Shown here: positions 28,550-34,446 of the stretch, piece by piece
Numbering within the stretch: position 1 is the stretch's first letter
Layout of the letters: the number at the start of each line of letters is the position of its first letter
DNA from: a virus
Lineage: Duplodnaviria; Caudoviricetes
Virus record (IMG/VR): IMGVR_UViG_3300034410_000436
Span: 1-34,446 of that record
DNA length: 34,446 bases
Reading direction: 5' to 3' (one strand)
Notes under the pieces: generated by a model
The model's database searches: none
The model's input: the letters and a program-made list of their open reading frames with translations, nothing else
Told to the model about the DNA's origin: nothing
Made by a program: the position numbers and the translations under genes

Positions 28550-31120
28550 TTAACCTCTTCTGCGAATACGTTGCCGTGGATAAACTGTTCCTGATTCCGG
28601 CCTCGCATTAAAATTCTTTTGTGGAAAACTATTTCCCGATACACTTCTTTGATTTATCCAACGCAACATTCTATTGGGTGCACCTTGTAAACTGTCTCTA
28701 TCCATAGGATCATCAGTTCCGGTGTCTGCCATTAAATCTTTATTAGAGTTATTTATTATCCATTCTTGCGCCTGAGCCTGATTCATGTTAGGCCAAGATT
28801 CTGCAAGAATAGCAAGTACACCAGCAACCTGTGGTCCAGCCATACTTGTTCCTTGATACTTACCTAACTGATACGTACTATTTCTTGGATCAGCCGTACC
28901 GCCTGAATGTAAGCTACTTTGAATACCTTCACCAGCAGCATAGACATCTACTTGAGTTCCACAGTTACTAAAGTTAGCTTTATCTTCATTCTCATCATTT
29001 GATAAAGCTCCAACATTAATACTTGCGGCTAAACCTGCAGCTGAGCCAGAACCTCGGTGTAAAAAATTAGTAAAAGAATTTCCAAGAAAATCTAATGTAT
29101 ATTCATTATCATAATCTTGATCTCCAGATGCAGTTGTTTTCCAACTCGCATTTCCAGCAGAACATACAATAATAATACCATCAGCAATTGCGTCTTCCAT
29201 ATCTGCATTTCTTGAATCGAACCAGTTAGGAATAGTCATTGATAAATCAGCGTTTGGAGCGTAACAACCTCTTGCTTGCAATTCAGCTTGATTTAAAGCT
29301 GCGCCATAAGTATTAGATGTAGCACCACGATAAGTAATCTGATATATATATCCAAATCCATTTGTACCAGGTGTTGTAATTGATCCATAACTATTATTTG
29401 TAATTGTTGGATTACGTCGACCAGTTTCTGGATTAATAGGTTTTGTATTGTGCCATTGTCTTATATAGTCCCATATCCTTGTACTTGATAAACTATTTGG
29501 ATTTGTACCATATGGACTAATGTTATAAATGTTAGCATCTCTTGCCCAACCCTGAGAATTACCTGCTACTGTTCCTGCACAATGGCATCCGTGATTATTA
29601 TCATCTTCGTCAGTTTCATCTGTATACAAACCACTTCTATCATAAGTGTATGTACCATTTGAACCAAATCCTAAAGCACTTGTTAACGAAAACCAATTAA
29701 ATTGATTAATTCTTGAAGCGCCGTTTGCTGCTGGTGTATAATATGAAGGACCGGTATCATTATCCCTAAAAATATCTCTTAAAACAGCAAAGTCTGGTTT
29801 ACTTAACACTGGTTCAAAATATGATTTAAATAGGGCGTACCCTTTCGGATTATTAGTTAACATTCCAGATGGAGTTTTTACTGAGTCAGACCATTCCGGT
29901 GACAGTGATCCGCCATCCCAAAAAGTACTCATATCCCACATTGACCAGTTCATCAAATACATATATTCTTTATAAGCTACCTCAGCTGCCTCATCCACTG
30001 TTGCCCAATCGGATGCATAACCAGACGGATCAAAAAATCCGCCATCAATAGCTTCTTTCATAGCAAGGTGCAATTCTGTTGTTTGCCAATTAGCATTATT
30101 AGTTGCTAACCAATTCACAGCTGTTGCAGATCCCGGCACCGCACCCATAATACCAAACAAATGTATTGTGTGCATAAGATGTTCTACAAGTTCTTCAATA
30201 TCTCTATCACCAACCGATGGGCTTGGCCCGCTAATATTAGCATACCAAACCATATCGTTATGTACGTGGTCATCTAAAAAATCTACGTATCCTGCATACT
30301 GTGCAGCGCCTGCGTCTGTTAAAAAGTTTGGACTATATTCAGAACCACCACCGTATGCAATTCTTTGAACGGCAGGAAGTCCTGCGTGTATAGTTCCTGT
30401 AGCGCCTTGTAATGTTTTAATTAAATTGATTTGATGGTCTACATTAATAAGAGGATATGTTGGATCAATTAACAATGTTACCATTTTGGCAGTTTTTTCT
30501 GCCCACATATCAGGTACTGCGGTTTGACCTCCAACTGCGCCCGCAACAACCATCTTTAAACCACGAGCTGTTATTTGTCTATCAAATACTGCTCCATTAG
30601 ATGAGTCATTTACAAGTGCACCATTTGAATAATCTATCCCAGTTCCAATTGCTGCAAATTCTGGGTGGGCAGGATTAATATGACCATCTACAATTACAAC
30701 ATCAACATTTTTACCTGAAGCAGTAACTGTTAGCGTATCAGTTATATTTGGACTACTACCGTCAGAGCCCCAGTTACTTCTATTTGCTTCTTCGGAATGT
30801 CTAAGCAAACCCCAGTTTACGTCGTCTACATCTGTAAACCAATCTTTAGAAAACTTTTCAGTTACTTTCCAACCAGCAGGACGCGTTGTGAGTTCTATCA
30901 TTTCTACGAGTTCAACAGCTCTTACTCTATCGTCTTGTTTAATGAGCATTGCTTCAGCATGTTCTAACATGTAATGAGTGTTACGACTTATTTCTCTTCT
31001 ATGGGTAAGCCCGACCGCTCTGTTTGGAATAAACAAATCACCGCCTTCTGTTTCCATATCATCATAAAAAGATTCTAAATCTTCTCTATTATGAAGTGTG
31101 ATGATCCATTCCTGTAGCAT
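28550..31120 (-). CDS. Subtilisin-family (S8) serine protease with a ~300-aa inserted domain
   Basis: Catalytic motifs DVVIVD145G, H510GCHCAG, SAGN657 and GTS759MAGPQVAG. The N-terminal ~75 aa resemble a propeptide. Confidence 0.9.
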   Translation of the reverse strand: MLQEWIITLHNREDLESFYDDMETEGGDLFIPNRAVGLTHRREISRNTHYMLEHAEAMLIKQDDRVRAVELVEMIELTTRPAGWKVTEKFSKDWFTDVDDVNWGLLRHSEEANRSNWGSDGSSPNITDTLTVTASGKNVDVVIVDGHINPAHPEFAAIGTGIDYSNGALVNDSSNGAVFDRQITARGLKMVVAGAVGGQTAVPDMWAEKTAKMVTLLIDPTYPLINVDHQINLIKTLQGATGTIHAGLPAVQRIAYGGGSEYSPNFLTDAGAAQYAGYVDFLDDHVHNDMVWYANISGPSPSVGDRDIEELVEHLMHTIHLFGIMGAVPGSATAVNWLATNNANWQTTELHLAMKEAIDGGFFDPSGYASDWATVDEAAEVAYKEYMYLMNWSMWDMSTFWDGGSLSPEWSDSVKTPSGMLTNNPKGYALFKSYFEPVLSKPDFAVLRDIFRDNDTGPSYYTPAANGASRINQFNWFSLTSALGFGSNGTYTYDRSGLYTDETDEDDNNHGCHCAGTVAGNSQGWARDANIYNISPYGTNPNSLSSTRIWDYIRQWHNTKPINPETGRRNPTITNNSYGSITTPGTNGFGYIYQITYRGATSNTYGAALNQAELQARGCYAPNADLSMTIPNWFDSRNADMEDAIADGIIIVCSAGNASWKTTASGDQDYDNEYTLDFLGNSFTNFLHRGSGSAAGLAASINVGALSNDENEDKANFSNCGTQVDVYAAGEGIQSSLHSGGTADPRNSTYQLGKYQGTSMAGPQVAGVLAILAESWPNMNQAQAQEWIINNSNKDLMADTGTDDPMDRDSLQGAPNRMLRWINQRSVSGNSFPQKNFNARPESGTVYPRQRIRRRG

Positions 31121-31123
31121 TTA

Positions 31124-32194
31124 TTAAGCCTCTAACTGAAGAACATTAAGTGTTACTGTAATAGCCGTTGTGCCACCGCTTTTATTTCTTACTTTAACAG
31201 GTATGTTTGTTGTTGGTGTTGATTCTAAATTATAACCAATTACACCAGGAGAGATCATTACTGTTTGAGCTCCGGTTGTAATTACTTCTGCAATAATACC
31301 TGAATCTGGAGCAGGATCTGTAGTTTCTAATCTTGAATTATCTGCACTACGTGCTGTGTTGGTAGCATAAATTGTTACCCAAGCTGCAGCTGATGTTGTG
31401 ATTGTATATAATCCGTATCCTTTAAATCCTGTAATATCAATATCTGTTGATACTCCGTTTGCAATAGAAGCTGTTGCGGCTGACTTATCTGAACGAGATG
31501 GTAAACCACCTCCGCCACCAACTTCTGATTGATTTGCTAATCTTACCCAAGAACCTGAGTGAGCAAAATATGCCGCGCCTGTTCCATGTACGTGTGCAAA
31601 CATACCGTGATATGTTGAAGCACTTGGTAAATCGCCTTCTGCAGAATATACGTTACCAAATAATACTTTATTGCCACCCATATCTAAATCTGCGCCAACT
31701 ACCGCTGCAATTGCGTCAGAATCTGAATATGAAGCGCCTGAACCTGCTTGATCTACCCACGCATAATCAGATCCATTCCAACTTAGAATTTTTCCTGATG
31801 GAGTAGATGAATTATTTAAATGAGCGTCTACATCAGCATTTGCATATGATCCACCGCCACTTGCTGCAGCAATCCAATCATAATCACTACCATCCCAGGA
31901 TAAAATTTGACCTGAACTTGCAGTAGATGTATTTAAATGTACGTCAACGTCAGCATCTACATATGCTGAACCGCCGCCAGAACCACCAGCAGCAAAAGAG
32001 AAAGTACCGTCGCCGTTTGCCGTAAGCACCTGCCCATCTTCACCGTCTTCAATATCGAGATCTAGTAATGTTAAATCTCCAATATTGTCATACAGTTCAG
32101 TAAAGTTAGCATTGGTTTTCGACATGGCTGAACGAATTGGATCACCCGTTCCGTCATTGGCTTCCTCGCCTATGTTAATTATTAATTTAGCCAT
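31124..32194 (-). CDS. Baseplate/fibre connector with T4 gp9/gp10-type N-terminus
   Basis: INIGEEANDGTGDPIRSAMSKTNANFTELY is the gp9/gp10 N-terminal motif. AGGAG ribosome-binding site at 32200-32204. Confidence 0.8.
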   Translation of the reverse strand: MAKLIINIGEEANDGTGDPIRSAMSKTNANFTELYDNIGDLTLLDLDIEDGEDGQVLTANGDGTFSFAAGGSGGGSAYVDADVDVHLNTSTASSGQILSWDGSDYDWIAAASGGGSYANADVDAHLNNSSTPSGKILSWNGSDYAWVDQAGSGASYSDSDAIAAVVGADLDMGGNKVLFGNVYSAEGDLPSASTYHGMFAHVHGTGAAYFAHSGSWVRLANQSEVGGGGGLPSRSDKSAATASIANGVSTDIDITGFKGYGLYTITTSAAAWVTIYATNTARSADNSRLETTDPAPDSGIIAEVITTGAQTVMISPGVIGYNLESTPTTNIPVKVRNKSGGTTAITVTLNVLQLEA

Positions 32195-32230
32195 GTGTAC
32201 TCCTATAAGTTTTATATAGCTTTAATAGCT

Positions 32231-32238
32231 TATTTATT
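32231..32238 (-). promoter_or_regulatory. Probable late promoter variant AATAAATA
   Basis: Minus strand reads TAAATAAATA across the gp7 stop codon, about 37 nt upstream of the ATG at 32194. One mismatch to TATAAATA. Confidence 0.5.
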
Positions 32239-34446
32239 TAACCGTTATCGACAGTAAACGTAAGTGTATCGTCTACTGTATATACAAAATTGTCTGCCCT
32301 AACTGTTTGGTCGCCCGTATCTTGATTAGGACCAACAATAGGATCTCCACCTTTAACATAATCATCTTTACGTATTATTTGGAATCGAGATGAGACCTTA
32401 GGACCTGTTGTTTGTTCGTATGAAAATCTACCAAATAGTTTAGATCCTGCAAGGTGCATTGTATCTTTTACAACCTTATCATATTTCTTTTGATCTACCG
32501 TTGATTTAATTACATAAGAATATTCTTGATAGTAATCACTATCTTGAACCTTCATATCTGAATCATAGTATTTAAATACTTTATCGATTGGATCAGTAAA
32601 ATAACCATTGATATGAGAGCTTTTGCTTCCCCAGAATCCAGCTGTAATACCTTGTGTCCTTGCACTTAATATTCCACTTGCTTGAATTTCATCGAGATCA
32701 TTAGTTAAAAATACAGTTTCTCCATCAATATAACCAAAGCCAGAGTTTCTTATTTCTGCTGCTTTAATTCTTCCTTCAGAGAATAATGTTCTGTTTTCAA
32801 TATCGGCATTTAATCCAAACTTTTCAGAACCATAATCTCTATTAACTGCTAATATATCGTATTCATTACCTTTATGAACAAACTCTGCATTGGCTGCCGC
32901 TGTTCTTAATCCATAATAACTATATGGTGTAACATATAAAATACCAGCATCATTATCAACTTTATTAATAACAGCAGTAGTACTCGTTAATGCTTGGGTA
33001 ATTGTATCGCCAACTGAGAATGAGGCAGAGAAATTATCAACAATAATAATTTGATCGTATCTTTCAAACGCTGCCATTTGTTCATCTATTGCAATACTAA
33101 ATGTATCATTAACATATTCTGAACCAGGATTTATATTTTCAAAAGATTTAATAGTACCAATATCAAATGGTGTTAAATCGAATGCTTGATTTAAAGGTGT
33201 TGAAAGAGTTACTGGAGAAGCGGTACCTGACATTGGAATTAATGCCGGTGGAACTGCATTATAATCAGATGAGTTAATTGGTACTGCAGTAAAGTTTCCA
33301 ACAATATCTGTAATTAAAGAAACACTTTCAATGTTTTCTAACTCTTCTACTTTAACGTCAGTTATAACTCCTGTGTTTGCATATAAAGCACCAGGTGAAG
33401 AGTTATTTACTGCCGATACACCGAATATATCTCCGGTTCCATCTTCAGGATCATATGCAGTAATTGTAAAGTTATCAGGATTTCCGTTTTCGTCTTCGCG
33501 ATTTATTGTAGAAATTGGTCTGCCAATTGCAAATGTATCGCCAGGTTCCATTTTAACGCCAACTGCAATAGAGTTTTGGCCTATAACTGTACCTTCATTA
33601 CCTTGATTATCTCTTAATACTTCGAGTTCTCGGAATCTAAAATCTTCGTTTGGTAAAACAACAACTAAATCTGATACTAATAATTTTGTATTGTCAATGG
33701 TATAACCGAATCCACCGTCTTTAATAGTATAATCAACTGTACCAGTAAATTCAGTTTGCAATTCAGTTACAATCGCAGTACCGCCTTTACCGTATTCTGA
33801 TTTAATATTAAAAATATCACCAACGTTATTACCTGTGGTTCCACCATAATCTAAATCGATTGCAATTTCATTTGCTGAACCATTTAATTTACCAAAGGCA
33901 ACATCTTCGCTTCCGATTCTACACATAATATCATCGAACTTAACGAATGTTCCTTTTGTTCCTGTAATATAAATGATAGGTGTTAATGTACCATTTAAAT
34001 AAACAAAGTTAATTTTATCTACAATTGCTTTTGCTTTAGAAATAGATCCATAAATGTTTCTACTTAATAAATCGTTATATTCATATCTTGATCCTAATCT
34101 CGATACAAAACTATTATTATTTGGAAGGATTTGTAAGTAAGTACCGGTTTTCCAAATAGAATCAGATGCTTTTAACATATACTTTGCAGGATACATTACT
34201 TGAATGTCTTCTTTATAGAACATTCTAAAGAATAATATTAAACCTGCTTCTGTACCTTTTCGACGATATAAATCTAAAATATTACGTATAACAAATTTTA
34301 CTGTTTTATCATCTTCAATTGGCGGCATATCTGCCATATATTTCTTCTTAAAGAAAATTAACATTTCAGAAAGAGTCGTACCAACATCTCTATATTCAAA
34401 TAACCTACGTGAGTTATAAACACCCATATTAGGCTGGGTTTCTACG
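32238..34446 (-). CDS. gp7: Baseplate wedge subunit (T4 gp7-like), probably 5'-truncated
   Basis: YRDVG...FFKKKY...ILDLYRRKGT...LFFRMFY at the N-terminus and KVQDSDYYQEYSYVIKS...HLAGSKLFG near the C-terminus. The frame stays open beyond the ATG at 34427 (VETQPNM) to the window edge. Confidence 0.8.
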   Translation of the reverse strand, partial: VETQPNMGVYNSRRLFEYRDVGTTLSEMLIFFKKKYMADMPPIEDDKTVKFVIRNILDLYRRKGTEAGLILFFRMFYKEDIQVMYPAKYMLKASDSIWKTGTYLQILPNNNSFVSRLGSRYEYNDLLSRNIYGSISKAKAIVDKINFVYLNGTLTPIIYITGTKGTFVKFDDIMCRIGSEDVAFGKLNGSANEIAIDLDYGGTTGNNVGDIFNIKSEYGKGGTAIVTELQTEFTGTVDYTIKDGGFGYTIDNTKLLVSDLVVVLPNEDFRFRELEVLRDNQGNEGTVIGQNSIAVGVKMEPGDTFAIGRPISTINREDENGNPDNFTITAYDPEDGTGDIFGVSAVNNSSPGALYANTGVITDVKVEELENIESVSLITDIVGNFTAVPINSSDYNAVPPALIPMSGTASPVTLSTPLNQAFDLTPFDIGTIKSFENINPGSEYVNDTFSIAIDEQMAAFERYDQIIIVDNFSASFSVGDTITQALTSTTAVINKVDNDAGILYVTPYSYYGLRTAAANAEFVHKGNEYDILAVNRDYGSEKFGLNADIENRTLFSEGRIKAAEIRNSGFGYIDGETVFLTNDLDEIQASGILSARTQGITAGFWGSKSSHINGYFTDPIDKVFKYYDSDMKVQDSDYYQEYSYVIKSTVDQKKYDKVVKDTMHLAGSKLFGRFSYEQTTGPKVSSRFQIIRKDDYVKGGDPIVGPNQDTGDQTVRADNFVYTVDDTLTFTVDNG

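Noticed and set aside
29730-30650. Protease insert as an intein or intron-encoded endonuclease
   Set aside because: There are no Cys/Ser...His-Asn splice junctions and no LAGLIDADG or HNH motifs, and the reading frame is continuous.
471-33606. Short plus-strand ORFs throughout the window (e.g. 17903..18466, 21289..21660, 24963..25277, 31474..31806)
   Set aside because: They are antisense to long motif-bearing genes, carry no recognisable motifs, and all promoters found point the other way.
1-34446. Diversity-generating retroelement, invertible fibre cassette, tRNA genes or genetic-code reassignment
   Set aside because: I saw no reverse transcriptase, recombinase, near-identical template/variable repeat pair or tRNA-like sequence. 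Genes translate full-length in the standard code and intergenic gaps are very short.
1-34446. Assigning a cyanobacterial host from the phycobiliprotein-like repeats
   Set aside because: The window has no host-diagnostic genes, and this structural module type is shared by T4-like phages of several marine hosts.

Overview
A virion-structural region of a T4-like myophage genome, resembling marine cyanophage/pelagiphage-type phages and AT-rich. Every credible gene is on the minus strand. In transcription order: a 5'-truncated gp7-like baseplate wedge gene, a gp9/10-type connector, a subtilisin-family protease carrying a large insert, gp8, a VrlC/DUF4815-like protein, a small coiled-coil protein, a fibre protein, then three small genes (chaperone-like, 2OG-Fe(II) oxygenase-like, ParB/Srx-like). 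After these come a 3688-aa giant protein, a 140-aa protein, a 1592-aa Gly-X-Gln collagen-like fibre with an S74 chaperone, a 109-aa structural protein and a 3'-truncated fibre gene missing from the ORF track. T4-type late promoters (TATAAATA) and one intrinsic terminator define the transcription units. The main observation is in the giant protein: it carries 12 helical repeats of about 140-165 aa that align by eye with phycobiliprotein globin domains, and 11 keep the Cys-x-Arg-Asp bilin-attachment motif. They are interleaved with 9 Cys/His-containing beta repeats. This suggests a possibly bilin-binding virion appendage. All assignments come from motif recognition by eye; no searches were run.
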